The notes under the pieces: generated by a model
Told to the model about the DNA's origin: nothing
Databases searched by the model: none
Seen by the model: only the letters and a program-made list of their open reading frames with translations
Translations under genes and position numbers: made by a program
Shown here: positions 24,667 to 39,590 of the stretch, piece by piece
Position numbering within the stretch: position 1 is the first letter of the stretch
Layout of the letters: each line of letters begins with the position of its first letter
Source: Eledone cirrhosa
Taxonomy: Eukaryota
Length of the DNA: 64,000 nucleotides
Assembly: GCA_964016885.1 (NCBI GenBank)
Contig: OZ024757.1
Span: forward strand, 11,966,001-12,030,000
Reading direction: 5' to 3'

Positions 24667-25002
24667 GGAGGCACATGGCTTAGTGGTTAGAGCATTGGGC
24701 TTGCAATCGAAAGGTTGTGAGTTCAATTCTCAGACTGGGTGATGTGTTGTTTCCTTGAGCAAGACACTTCATTTCACATTGCTCCAGTTTACTCAGCTGT
24801 AGAAATGAGATGATAGAGACTGGGGTCCATATCATTCCACTTCAAAGTGGTCGTGGAGGTGCCACGGAAAAAAAACCACCCAGCACTCATTGTAAATGAG
24901 GTTGGTGTTAGGAAGGGCATCCAGCTGTAGAAATCAAGCCAGAATCAGTTCCCGTCCTACCCTTGCAAGCAGGGAAAAGTGGACGTAAATTTATGATGAT
25001 GA
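24667..25002 (+). mobile_element. Full-length tRNA-derived SINE with RTE-like tail
   Basis: A-box tggcttagtgg, B-box gagttcaattc, central domain, a tail shared with the local RTE 3'UTRs, and a (GAT)n end. Confidence 0.85.
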
Positions 25003-25280
25003 TTAATGAACATTTATTATGGTGAAATATGTAGGAAATCATTCTCAGAGGTTGTGTATTGTAATTAACAAACACACCCTGTAGAAAGTACCTCTTCATA
25101 TTACTTGTCATTAAGGGCTCTTACAGAGACACAAACTCATTTCATTGTTGAGGCTGCTGGATTGGCAGAATCAGTAGAGTGTCAGACGATATGTCATATA
25201 GTTGCATCCCTTTATATTCTGAATTAAAATCCTACTGAGGTTAGCTTTACTTTTCTTCCTCACAGGTTCAGTAAAATAAT

Positions 25281-25467
25281 TGTTTCTACTATTGGCACAA
25301 GGCCAGCAATTACCCAGTACATTACTGGTACTTTATTTTATCGACCCCGTAAGGATGAAAGGCAAAGTTGACCTCGGCGGGATTTGAACTCAGAATGGCA
25401 AGGGCCGTAACTCTATGCATCAAAGCATGGCGCCCGACCCTCTACCGATACTGCCAATTCACCGCCC
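25281..25467 (-). mobile_element. SINE (second family) with 17-bp TSD, inserted into an older SINE
   Basis: TSD aggttcagtaaaataat at 25264-25280 and 25468-25484. B-box gagttcaaatccc. The empty site is visible in the paralogous block at about 37478-37500. Confidence 0.85.
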
Positions 25468-26475
25468 AGGTTCAGTAAAATAATGTACCAGTAATCCACT
25501 GGGGTTGATTTAATCAACTTTCTCCTTCACTTACAATTACTGGCCTTGAGTTAAAAGTAGAAACAGTTATTTAAAGCCTTTAAACAATAGATAGAATGCT
25601 TTCTGCCCTATTTGTTCTGGTTCTCTGCTCTCTGGGTTTAAATCCTGCTGAGGTCAACTTTGCCTTTCAAGATTGATAACAAAAAAGTACCAGTCTACCA
25701 CTGTGGTCTGTTCTTCCTCTCTATATTTCTATCTCACTTCCTCTCTCTCATTCTCTCTCCTTCTCTAGAAGAAATCAACTGTTCAAACCTGGTGAGTGAA
25801 GGGCTGCACCAAGCTTCAAATGTCCACAGTGACACCCTTACGACTACATCATTAAAAGACAAAACAAAAGAATTATGTGTTTATTTAGTAAACCTTAACT
25901 GGTTTATATTTATATTTATGACAAAATATCCACATTTATGTATAAATAGAAACAATTCTATAACTTTAATATTTGTTGATGGTACTTTCATGACAGTTGA
26001 AATTTTGACTTTTTAAAAAAATAATTCATATTTGAAAATACTTTACAACTTTCTTCTCTTTTTCTTCAGCCATTTATTTCTGAGAGGGTTGTAGGGGGTA
26101 GAGTCCTCACACCCCTTCTAGCTCCTATGTGTGTAAAATTTCCTCTTTACACTACACACACACAACAACCCATCACTCTGCACACACACACATACACACA
26201 CCACATCAAAACACCACAATACACACCCCATCCCACACAACAGACACACATCATACCACACCCCACCACATACCACACCACATACAAACCAGGTAGTTAT
26301 ACCAACCCAGTATCTTGGTTTTAGTGATACTTTTGTAACAAATCTCAACATCCCAGACCTTAGCAACTGGAGTGGAACTCATCAGATTGGACATTAAATG
26401 ATGAGCTGTGAAATCTTTGGTGTCAACCTGTTCCGGCTATACCTTTGGACAACAATGTATAGATATATAGAAATC

Positions 26476-26506
<31 letters not shown>

Positions 26507-26507
<1 letters not shown>

Positions 26508-29500
26508 TCTAGAGACTAGGTGCAGGACTGGGTCTGCTAGATTCATTGTGGGTAAAAAACGATGCTATAAACTTTTCTGGATGCGAAATGAAAAAGGGCT
26601 GGGTGGAGAAGGAATTATGTTAGCAGAGAAATGGGTAGATAAGGTAATTGCCCTAAAGAGATTGAACGACAGAATAATTAAAATAAGACTAGTTCTAAAT
26701 ATAACAACTATGACAATAATATCCACTTATGCAGCCCAATCTGGTCTACTTGATGTTATGAAATACAGGTTCTATGATTTGCTAATGTTCACTTCCTCCC
26801 ACATAACAGACAGTGACTACATAATTATTGCTGGTGACCTAAATGGTCACATAGGACAACATAGTGATGGCTATGATGGAATCCATGGAGGCTATGGGTT
26901 TGGTACTAGAAAGGAGGAAGGCTCCAGAATCCTGGAATTTTGTGACGCTAATAACCTAACTATCTGTAACACAAACTTCAAAAAAGGAGACAATTACTTG
27001 ATCACCTGTAGATCAGGGGAACATGACAGCCAGATAGATTATATCCTTACTAGAAGGTGTGACAGTGTCTGTTGTAAACACTAAGTCCCTCCCCTGTGAA
27101 GAATGCACCTCCCAACATAGCCTAGTAGTTAATGACCTCACAGTCAGGACTAGACGTAATCGACGACAGAGGAGGACTACCTTGAGGAGAAGATGGAAGT
27201 TGAAGGACCTCACAGCCAGTAACAAATTTAAAAGCTTATTAATTAATGCTTTTGACAGTAAAGAGGTGCAATTAGAGACATACAATATAGAGGAACAGTG
27301 ACAATTCTTGAAAGTTAACCTGCTGAAGGCGACAGATGAAATCTGTTGCTGGAGCAGACCTATAGGTAGGAGGAGAGTAACTTGGAGGTGGAACAGTAAG
27401 GTGGAGGAGTCAGTTAAGGCCAAAAAGCAGGCTTGGAAAGTATGGCGGAAGTAGAGAACACTATCAAGTGGCCAGGAGAGAAGCTAGGAGACAAGTGTAC
27501 TTTGCAAGGATGGAAGCAGAGGATAGAAAGTTCAAGCATATTCTACAACGTGAGGAGTAAAAACGTGAGGTGTTCAGGATCGCAAAATAAAGTGTCAAGG
27601 AAAACCATGATTTTGTCAGGGAGAAGTGTGTACGTAGTGATAACGGTGTACTTGCCCTCACTGATACTGATAAGAAGATAGATTGGTAGTGTCACTACGA
27701 GAGACTACTGTATGAGGAGAATAAATGGGAAAAAGAGAGTCTGCCCCAAATCGATCCAATAGGGGACCAGCGGTGCAATCAAAGATATGAAGACAGGAAG
27801 GCAGCTGGGCCTTTGGAGATAGTTGTTGAGATGTTGAAAGCATCTGGAATGGTGGAACATACTATGGACACCCAGATAGTAAACCAAGTAATACCGAATG
27901 GGGTCATACCAGATGACTGGTGTAGCAGCATCATCGTTAACTGATACAAGGGTAAAGGAGATGCTCTAGATAGGGGAAACTATAGAGGCATTAAGGTAGT
28001 TGACCAGGTCATGAAGGTCATGAAGGTCATGAAGGTACAGTAGAAGTAGCTAGCTAAAAGTAAACCCCTTCTTAGCTTTTGTTTACTTGGAGAAAGCCTT
28101 TGACAGAGTCCCCCACTCTAGTATCTGGTGGGCCCTTAGAAAAGTAGGAGGAGATGAATGGCTTGTGAGAGCTATACAAGCCATGTATAAAGAAACAGTC
28201 AGCAATGTTAGAATTAACAATGAATATAGTGTAAAAGTAGGTGTTCAGCAAGGCCCCATCCTTAGCTTCCTCCTGTTTATTATTGCCCTTCAGGCTATAA
28301 CCGAAGGGTTTAAGACCAGCAGCCCATGGAAACTTCTATATGCAGATGATCTAACTCTCATAGCTGAATCTATGGCTGAACTAGAGAAGAAATTCCAAAA
28401 ATGGAGGCATGAATGAAAAGGCCTTAAAGTTAACTCGTCTAAGATAAAAGGTCTACTATGTAGAAAATAAAATAAAGCACTGGTGCCATGCTCAGTGTGT
28501 AGGAAAGGAGTAGGAAGAAATTCCATTCTATGTCCCAAATGCAAACTATGGGTACATAAAAGATGTAGTGAGATCACAGGTAAGCTATCTAAGAATGTAG
28601 ATTTTATATGTGGCCGATGCTCATGTGAAATAAGCAGCAAGTACCCACAGGATACTAGCACCTTCTACTGCCCAGATGGTTCTATAGAAATAGTGGACAC
28701 TCCGTTGCCTGGGTGACAAAATCAGTAGTGGTGGAGGGTGCTCTGAAAGTGTAGTAGCCAGAGTTAGAACGGGATGGAAAAAGCTCAGAGAGCTAATACC
28801 GCTGCTAGACAAAAAAAGTTTCTCTCTAAAAATAAAAGGCAGATCGTATGATGCGTGCATATGAACAACAATGTTACATGGCAGTGAGACATGGGCATTG
28901 TGTGCAGAGGACCTGCGCAGATTGGAAAGGAACAAAGCATGCATTCTCCGTTGGACGTGTAATTGTAATATACATGAACGGCAAAACATAAACGAACTAA
29001 GTGAGAATTAGGAATAAGAGGGATCAGATTCTGTTTACTTGAGACAAGATTACGTTGGTATGGTCATGTGATGCGCATGAAAGATGACAGCTTTATAAAA
29101 AAGTGCAGGGTGATCAAAATTGATGGAAGTTATGGAGTAGGTAGACCCAGAAAAACCTGGGACGACATAAAATCCAACCTTGCACACTTACACCTCTCTA
29201 AGACAATGTCACTGGATTGAGATATATGGCACCACACAGTTACAGAGAAGACCTGCCTTACCTATGTGCAAAGTTAACCTACAGTCAGTAGGCCCCTCCT
29301 AACCAAATATACACCCCAACCCACAACCCTTACTCCATCATCCCACTCCCACCAACACCACCCTGTCTCTGTAAAGTTATGTTGGTACTACAACATCCAG
29401 TCCAAACTAAAGAGGTAGTGTAGGTGTCATCACAAAAAGACTCCCAGTCCACACTGGAAATGTGGTTGGTGTTAGGAAGGGCATCCAGCTGTAGAAAACC

Positions 29501-29625
29501 TGCCAGATACAGTCCTATACGAGCGAGACACGGTCACCCGATCAATCTTGCCTAAAGTAGGACAATTCCCGTCTAACCCATGCTAGCGTGGAAGATAGAC
29601 GTTAATTGATAATGATGATGATGAT
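26507..29625 (+). mobile_element. Degenerate near full-length RTE LINE (APE endonuclease + RT)
   Basis: APE motifs AGDLNGHIG, NLTICNTNF, SQIDYIL. RT motifs EKAFDRVP, LLYADDL. Many stops and deletions. (GAT)n tail. Confidence 0.9.
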
Positions 29626-30405
29626 ATATAGTGTATATAATAGTTGTAATGTCACTGGTGCTGATCTATATCAGCCTTTCCCTTGGACAACATGACATAT
29701 AGTCTATATATATTGGACAATATTATATATAGTGTATATGCGGTGTATATAGTAGTTGTGACAATATTCTATATACATATGTACACACACACTGACAAAC
29801 ATGTATATATATATATATAGAAGTGTTGGATGAGGAGTTCATAGACTGACCAAGTTACTCTCATGGAATGAGACAATGTATACACACTTATATACTATAT
29901 ATATGTATACAAACACATATATATTGTATAGTGAAGTCATACAACATATGGTAATATCATGTTTTCAATTGTCAGTTAGGGAGGTACATTGTGTCCTTAA
30001 GCCAGACACATCATTCCACATGTCTCTAATCTCCACAGCTGAAAAAGACAAGTATCAGCTTTAGTTGGAGGTTTAGCATGGGTTGGATCATTCCCTGCCT
30101 CCAACATTTTCACTGCGGCCACAAACCCAGGCATTACTACATGCAATAGAGAGAAGAGGGAGATAGTTAAATACCGGGGCCTGACAAACCACTTCCCCTT
30201 TGTCCCCACACTGCTGATTTCCTTCTCAAAATTAGAAACACAGCAGCCCACTTGAGGAAGTAGTCGCATGAGGTGGGGTGGATGTTGTAGTAGGTGTCTC
30301 TGGCTATTCTCTGTGGTAACACTTTTGCCATTTTGTCTGTAGGGTGGGGCTGAATCACAGCTCAGACTAAAATATAAAGTCTGTCCCTCTCCTGTTATTT
30401 TCGTT

Positions 30406-30567
30406 GGATTGGCAGTATTGGTAGAGCGCCGGACGCCATGCTTTGACATATAGAGTTATCTCCCTTCATGATCTGAGTTCAAAACCCGCCAGGGTTAACT
30501 TAAAATAAAATAAAGTACCAGTAATACACTGAAATAATTGCTGGCCTTGTGCCAAAAGTAGAAACAA
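30406..30567 (+). mobile_element. SINE (second family), internally deleted, 11-bp TSD
   Basis: TSD ttattttcgtt on both sides. Homologous to 25281-25467. Confidence 0.75.
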
Positions 30568-31869
30568 TTATTTTCGTTTGTTGATTCGGTTTTTTTTTCC
30601 ATTACTTAAATATTTTATTACCTTTAATAATGTGTTTTGGTTTAATATGAACAGTTATATAACATTAATAACGTTATTTATTCAAATCTGAATAAAGTAC
30701 TAGCATATCTATTGAATGTATGAATCTAAACTATAATAAAAGGATGAGCGCGGGACTGCGTACGGTTTATAATTTTTTATCCCATTAATGAAATAAGTTG
30801 CATTACTTTGAATAAATAATGAATGAATATTACATAATTTATCTACTAAATTTCGTGGCTGTTGATTAAATATATTTTGTTTATTTAAAGATTCACTTCT
30901 TTAAAATTTCTGAAATGTCAACACTTCCGGTTGGCCATCACTTCAATAAACATACTAATTTTCTGTCACTAATTCTCTCCTAATGCAGTTTATATATAAT
31001 ATCGTCTTTTTTAATGTATAATGGATTACGTTACTGATTACATAAGACAGTGTAACGCAGTCTTCGTTCAATTTCTGTGTATTATATATTGTCATTACGA
31101 TTTTATTTGATGTATCATATCCACATGTATATATACTTGTGTATAATATCAATATACACACTACACATGCTAGCTGAAAACCACCCGAAGGTAATTTTCT
31201 GGTAGTTTATATAACGGAAGTTGTTGCTGAATGTATTAAATTATGTAGGGGACGTTTAAGTCATGACACCGGTGTCAATTAGACGGTGAAATATTACCAT
31301 CTATATCTGCTCCATTGTTACAACTTAAAGCTCATCTAATTTTATCTTTTGTGGTGATTATTTCATATTAAGGTGGACGTTAATGTTTGTAAATAACATA
31401 AGGTGACTTATTTACCTTATAGTTGTTGTTTTATCACCTGTATTATTAAATATTGAAGTGGTTGTTCAACATTTTAAAGGACAGGAAAATATTATTTTAA
31501 TCAGAAATCAGTGAACATTTAGTTTTTACTAACTTTTCTTGACTTTATATTTGGTCTTGAGAACTAAAGTACGTATTATTTCGTTTTCCATCACAACACA
31601 AACATTGTGAACTTTTCTATCTGAAGTGAAATATCTTCTTTATTACAACACCTACACACATCTTCTACACACACACACACACGTCTATTTATTTCTCTCT
31701 CTCATACGTACACACTGTATGTCTGTTTTTATATATATATATATATATTAGCACTTGCTTTTTCTTCCTCCAAGATCAGTCTTACGCCTTCATACATCTT
31801 ATTACTTTACCAACTGAATGCTACATTTCTTAATATATGAGTGGAAGTGGTGAGATTCCTTTATGAAAT

Positions 31870-32310
31870 ATGTCTGAATATAGCTGTGAGATTTGCAGGA
31901 AAACTTTCTTTTCAAAACTTAAACTATCCTCACACGAGAAAATACACACAGGAGAAAATCCCTTCCGCTGTGAAATATGTGGGAAATATTTTACTAATAA
32001 TTCTGCTCTTGTCGTCAACATACGGAGTCACACTGGAGAAAAACCCTTCAACTGTGAAATATGTGGGAAATCTTTCACCCTGAAGCACAATCTTGTAAAG
32101 CACGAAATAAAACACACAGGAAAAAAACCTTATTCACATGAAATATGTGGTAATTCTTTTTCTTGTAGTTCACATCCTGTACGTCACAAAAGAATACATA
32201 GTGGTGAAAAACCTTATTCATGTGAAATATGTGGGAAATCTTTCACTCGGACTTCATCAATGTTTGTTCACCTACGTAGTCAAAACTTGCGGGAAACCCC
32301 ATCACTGTGA
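31870..32310 (+). CDS. C2H2 zinc-finger protein (about 5 fingers, some degenerate; possibly a truncated pseudogene)
   Basis: Repeated CEICGKxF...H..HTGEKP. One finger lacks its first Cys (YSHEICG) and one lacks a His. The last finger runs out of register. Confidence 0.7.
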   Translation: MSEYSCEICRKTFFSKLKLSSHEKIHTGENPFRCEICGKYFTNNSALVVNIRSHTGEKPFNCEICGKSFTLKHNLVKHEIKHTGKKPYSHEICGNSFSCSSHPVRHKRIHSGEKPYSCEICGKSFTRTSSMFVHLRSQNLRETPSL

Positions 32311-35300
32311 AATGTGAAAAACACAAATATATAGACACACTTTGGAAGGCAGAATATAAAATGTGAAGCTTGAGAAATCTTATACATCTCAACATATAGG
32401 TTGTGTGTGTATATATATATATATATTATTATTTTTATTTTTTAATACATTATTCAAAGGGATGAAATATACTGGCATATATCAAAGATTATCACAATAA
32501 CTAGGGAGCGGAGGACAAGATATGCTGAACATTGCTACTGAGGGTAGGATGAGCTGGCTATTGTTGTAGATACCTAAACATTGTGAGACCCTAGTGGGAT
32601 GACTGAGATTGACCTACATAGATCAGATGTCTCAGGATGTCCAGCTGGAGATTAATGATCTCAGGAATGCCATGGAAGATCGTGATATCTAAAAAAGAAG
32701 AGTAGAATTGTTCTGGCCAATCCACCTGACCTAACAAATCTAAACTTTAATAAAGTAAGGAGCGCGGGACTGCGTACGGTTTATAATTTTTTTTATCCTA
32801 TTAGTAAAATAAGTTGCATTACTTTGAATAAATAATGAATGAATATTGCATAATTTATCTACTAAATTTCGTGGCTGTTGATTAAATATATTTTGTTTAT
32901 TTAAAGGTTCACTTCTTTAAAATTTCTGAAATGTCAACACTTCCGGTTAGCCATCGCTTAAATAAACATTCATATATTTCCGTCACTAATTTTCTCCTAA
33001 TGCAGTTTATATATAATATCGTCTTTTTTAATGTATCATGGATTACGTTACTGATTAAATAAGACAGTGTAACACAGTCTTTGTTCAATTTCTGTGTATT
33101 ATATATTGTCAATTACAATTTTATTTGATGTATCATATCTACATGTGTATATATATACCTGCGTATAATATAAATATGCACACTACACATGCTAGCAGAA
33201 AATAATAATAATATTAATATATATTGATGAACATTTATTAAGGTAAAATATGTTGAAAATCATTCTCAGAGGTGTTGTATTGTAATTAACAAATACACCC
33301 TGTAGAAAGTACCCCTTCATATTATTTGTCATTAAGGGCTATTACAGAGACAATCTCATTTCATTGTTGAGGGTGGTGAATTTGCAGAATCAGTAGAGTG
33401 TCAGACGATATGCTTTGTGTCATAAAGTTACAGTCCTTTATGTTCTAGGTTTAAATCATGCCATGGTCAACTTTAACTTTCATCCATTCAAGGTTGATAA
33501 AAAAGAGTAACAGTAATGCACTGGGGCTGATTTAATTGGCATTCCTCATTCTCTTCAAATTGCTGGCCTTGAGTCAAAAGTAGAAACATGTATTTAAAGT
33601 CTATAAAACAATAAATAGAATACTTTCTGCCATATTTATCCTGGTTCTCTGCTCTCTGAGTTTAAATCCTGCTGAGGTCAACTTTATTTCATCCATTCAA
33701 GGTTGATAAAAAACAATACCAGTCTATCACTGGGGTCTGTTCTTCTTCTCTATATTTCTATCTCACTTCCTTTCTCTGGAAGAAATCAACTGTTCAAACC
33801 TGGAGAGTGAAGGGCTCCACCAAGCTTCAAATGTCCACAGTGATACCCTTATGACTACATCATTTAAAAAAAAAATCGATGTGTTTATTTTGTAAACCTT
33901 AACTGCTTTATATTTATATTTATGACAAAATATCCACATGTGTAAATAAAGATAATTGCATAATTGTAATATTTGTTGGATGGTACTTTCATGATAGTTG
34001 TTTTTTACTTTTTAAAAAAATAATTCACATTTGAAAATACTTTCTTCTCTTTTTCTTCAGCCATTTATTTCTGAGAGGGTTGTAGGTGGTAGAGTCCTTA
34101 CACACCCCTTCTAGGTCCTATGTGTGTAAAATTTCCTCTTTACACTACACTCACACACACAACAATACATCACCCTGCACACACACACAACGCATCAAAA
34201 CACCACAAGATAGTTATACCAACCCAGGATCTTGATTTTAGTGATTTTTTTTTGTAATATATCTCAACATCTCAGTTCTTACTAAGTGGAGTGTAACTCA
34301 TCAGATTGGACCAAGGAAACAATGTTTCCATTGGTCTTTCCAATTGATGATATTGAATTGGATTAAAAAGAAAGAAAAAAAAATAGAGAATATATTTATT
34401 TGCCGTTGTGTTGCCAAACGATGCCAAAAGCCATTGACCTGCATCTTTGGTCAAGAAGGCCACTGGAGCGTCACTCACAGAAGCTGATACAGCAGCCAGC
34501 TTGACAGCCGATATATGTAGCACCAACAATTATCACTACAAGAGGAAGGCAGTGAAAGCAGCGGTGACATTAACAACAACAACATATATGTGTATACACC
34601 AACAACTTACCAGCAAACACTACCACCACCATGAACAAGAGGAAGGCAGTGACAACAGCAGTGACATTAACATCAACAACATATATGTGTATACACCAAC
34701 AACTTACCAACAAACACTACCATTAACAAGAGGAAGCCAACTCCCGCATCAGTGACAATAACAACAACACATATGTTTTCAGGATTGAAAGACTCACCTT
34801 TAGCCACAAGGTTCTATGAGAAACTGCTAACATGCTCGCATGTGTGCGTGCTGAACTCTGGGTCTTCCCATGCGGAAACAACCCCCTGTTTTCTTTTTTG
34901 TATATTCATCCATTCATTCATTTATTTATTTGCTAACATTCTACCTTCTTGTTGTCCCCTTCCATGCACCCCCTTCTTTTCTCTCTTGTCTTCTGACGCC
35001 TCCATATCTGAAGTAGGTGAGCTATGAGGTCCTCTTATCAGGATTTTCCCTTCCACCCACACAGTTGTGCCTAACAACTAGGCTGGTGACAACCAGCCAC
35101 TCACCTCTGATGCCGCTTCACGCCCCCCAATCCTCCATCCCCTGCAGTCGACACCTGCAGCACCACGAATAGACGGGAGAGGGGCCGGAACTGATGGGGT
35201 GCAGTTGCTTTTACCACCTCACCTGTGTTTGCTTGACGCGTCAAACCTCCAGTGCCCTCGCAGCGTGGAGAAGCTGACACTGTCTCTTCGCCTCATCTGC

Positions 35301-36056
35301 CCAGCCATGGCCGTCTAGCACACCACCAGATGAGACAATGAGTTTGCCTGACACCCAAGCCTCGCTTGGCTCAGGCGGTGCCGGAAGATCCCACTCAGGA
35401 TGCCCAGAACAGCCCGGGTGCCGGTAGCCGATGCCCTCGCTTCCTCTTTTATGGTGATTATTTCATATTAGGGTGAACGTTAATGTTTGTAAATAACATA
35501 AGGTGACTTATTTACCTTATAGTTATTGTTTTATCACCTGTATTATTAAATATTGAGGTGGTTGTTCAACATTTTACGGGACAGGAAAATGTCTTTTTAA
35601 TCAGAAATCAGTGAATATTTAGTTTTTACTAACTTTTCTTGACTTTATATTTGGTCTTGAGAACTAAAGTACGTATTATTTCGTTTTCTATCACAACACA
35701 AACATTGTGAACTTTTCTATCTGAAGTGAAATATCTTGATTTATTACAACACTTACACACATTTCTACACACACACACACATCTCTCCATCCCCCCTCTC
35801 ACACTCTCTGATTGAATTATATAATATACACTTGAATTTTCTTCGTCGAAAATCAGTCTTGGGCTGTCATATGTCTTATTACATGTACCAACTAAATGCT
35901 ACATTACAACTTTCTAGAAGAAGAAAGCGGAGTTCTGCAGTCTTTTATGGACCCTTTCTATATTAGACTACATAGCATATATTAACGATATCTACATTTC
36001 TTAATATATAAGTAAAAGTGGTGAGAACCTTTATGTAAAGATCACTAGCTAGAAAT

Positions 36057-36840
<784 letters not shown>

Positions 36841-38385
36841 TCCTTCTCTTATACATTTCCATATATATATGTGTGTGTGTATATATATATATATATGTGT
36901 ATATATACCTCACTCAAGCGGAAGAGATATACTCCCATATATAATTAGGGAGCAGAGGACAATATATGCTGGACATTGCTACTTAGGGTAGGATGACCTG
37001 ATGAGCTGGCTCCTGTGGTGGATACCTAAACAAAGTAAGATCCCTAGTGGGATGACCGAGATTGACCTACATAGATGAGATGTCTCAGGATGTCCAGCTG
37101 GAGATTAATGATCTAAGGAATGCCATGGAAGATCGTGACATCTAAAAAAGAAGTGTACAATTGTTCTGGCCAATCCACATGACCTAATAAATGATAATGA
37201 TAATAATATATATTAATGAACATTTATTATGGTGAAATATGTTGGAAATCATTCTCAGAGGTTTTGTATGTAATCCACAAATACACTCTGGAGGAAGTCC
37301 TACTTCATATTATTTGTCATTATGGTTTCTTATAGAGACACTTCATTTCATTGTTGAGGGTGGTGGATTGGCAGAATCAGTAGAGTGTCAGACGATATGC
37401 TTTGTGTCATATAGTTACAGCCCTTTACATTCTATGTTAAAATCTTGCTGAGGTTAGCTTTACCTTTCTTCCTCAGAGGTTCAGTAAAATAAAGTACCAG
37501 TAATCTACTGGGGTTGATTTAATCAACTTTCTCCTTCCCTTCCAATTGTGGCCTTGACTTAAAAGTAGAAACAGTTATTTAAAGTCTATAAAACAATAGA
37601 TGGAATGCCTTCTGCCGTATTTGTTCTGGTTCTCTGCTCTCTGAGTTTAAATCCTGCTGAGGTCAATTTTGCCTTTCATCCATTCAAGGTTGATAAGAAA
37701 AAAGTACCAGTCTACCACTGGGGTCTGTTCTTCCTCTCTATATTTCTTTCTCACTTTCTCTCTCTCATTCTCTCTCCTTCTCTGGAAGTAATCAACTGTA
37801 CCACCCTGGTGAGTTAAGGGCTCCACCAAGCTTCAAATGTCCACAGTGACACCCTTATGACTCCATCAGTGCAAGAAAAACAAAACAAAAGATGAATGTT
37901 TTTATCTACATTTATGTTTAAATAAAAACAATTTTACAACTTTAATATTTGACAGTTGAAATTAGGACTTTTTAAAAAATTTACATTTGAAAATACTTTA
38001 CAACTTTCTTCTCTTTATCTTTACCCATTCCTGAGAGGGTTGTAGGGGATAGAGTCCTAGATAGGTCCTATGTTTGTAAAGTTTCCTCTATATACTACAC
38101 ACACACAAAACCACATCACTCTGCACACACACACCACATCCCACACAACAGACATACATCACACCACACCACATACAAACCAGGTAGTTATACCATCCCA
38201 GTATCTTGGTTTTAGTGATTTTTTTGTAACAAATCTCAACATCCCAGACCTTAGCAACTGGAGTGGAACTAATCAGATTGGATATTAAATGATGAGCTGT
38301 GACATCATTGGTGTCAACCTGTTTCAGCCATTCCTTTGGACAACATTATAGTGTATGTATGTAGTATATATATATATATGTGTAG

Positions 38386-38536
<151 letters not shown>

Positions 38537-38561
38537 TTATTTATATATATATATATATTTG

Positions 38562-39590
38562 TGTTCAAGAGACTAGGTGGAGGGGCTGGTCTGCTAGATT
38601 CATTGTGGGTAAAAAACGATGTTATAAACCTTTCTGGGTGGGAAATGACAATGAGCTGGGTGGAGTAGTATGGTGGGATTGGGGAAGTAGAGAACACTAT
38701 TGGGTGGTTAGGATAGAATCTAGGAGACAAGTGTACCTTGCAAGAAGGGAAGCAGGGGATAGAAAGTTCAGGCATTTTCTACAACACGAGGACCAAAAAC
38801 GTGAGTTGTTCAGGATTGCTAAACAATGTGTCAAGGAAAACTGTGATATTGTCAGGGAGAAGTGTGTCTGTAATGATGATGGTGTACTTGCCCTCACTTT
38901 TACTGATAAGAAGATAGCTGAGAAGTGTCACCACGAGAGGCTACTAAATGAGGAGAATAAATTGGAAAAAGATAGTCTTCCCCAAATTGATCTAATAGAG
39001 GGACCAGCAGTGCAAGTTAATGGTAGTATAGTAAGTAAGGCAATCATCAAAGATATGAAGACAGGCAAGGCAGCTGGGCCTTCAGAGATAGTTGCTGAGA
39101 TGTTGAAAGCATCTGAAATGGTGGGACATACTATGGTCACCCAGACAGTAAACCAAGTAATACAGAATGGGGTCATACCAAATGACTGGCGTAGCAGCAT
39201 CATCGTTAACTGCTACATGGGTAAAGGAGAGCCCTAGATAGGGGAAACTATAGAGGCATTAAGGTAGTTGACAAGGTCATGAAGGTCACAGAAAGAGTTA
39301 TAGCACAGCTAATCAGAGACAGAATTGATCTAGATGAAATGCAGTTTTGGTTTGTGTCAGGTAAAAGTACCACAGACACTCTTTTCCTTGTACGACAACT
39401 ACAGGAGAAGTACCTAGCTAAAAGTAAACCCCTATACTTAGCTTTCGTTGACTTGGAGAAAGCCTTAGACAGAGTCCCCAGCTACATTTTCTGGTGGACC
39501 CTTAGAAAACTAGGAGTAGATGAATGGCATGTGAGAGCCATGTATAAAGAAACAGTGAGCAAGGTGAGAATTAACAATGAATATAATGTA
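38562..39590 (+). mobile_element. RTE LINE fragment with internal deletion (paralog of the 26507 copy)
   Basis: Same 5' junction (agagactagg) after the duplicated block. ORFs 38605-39237 and 39279-39614 carry RT N-terminal motifs. Confidence 0.85.

Noticed and set aside
24667-24745. tRNA gene
   Set aside because: A and B boxes are present, but I see no convincing cloverleaf and the sequence continues into a SINE body and tail.
29997-30449. 150-aa minus-strand ORF
   Set aside because: It starts inside a SINE and has no recognisable domain. It is not supportable as a gene.
34447-34755. 102-aa T/H-rich ORF
   Set aside because: It arises from a short tandem duplication of about 90 bp of low-complexity sequence.
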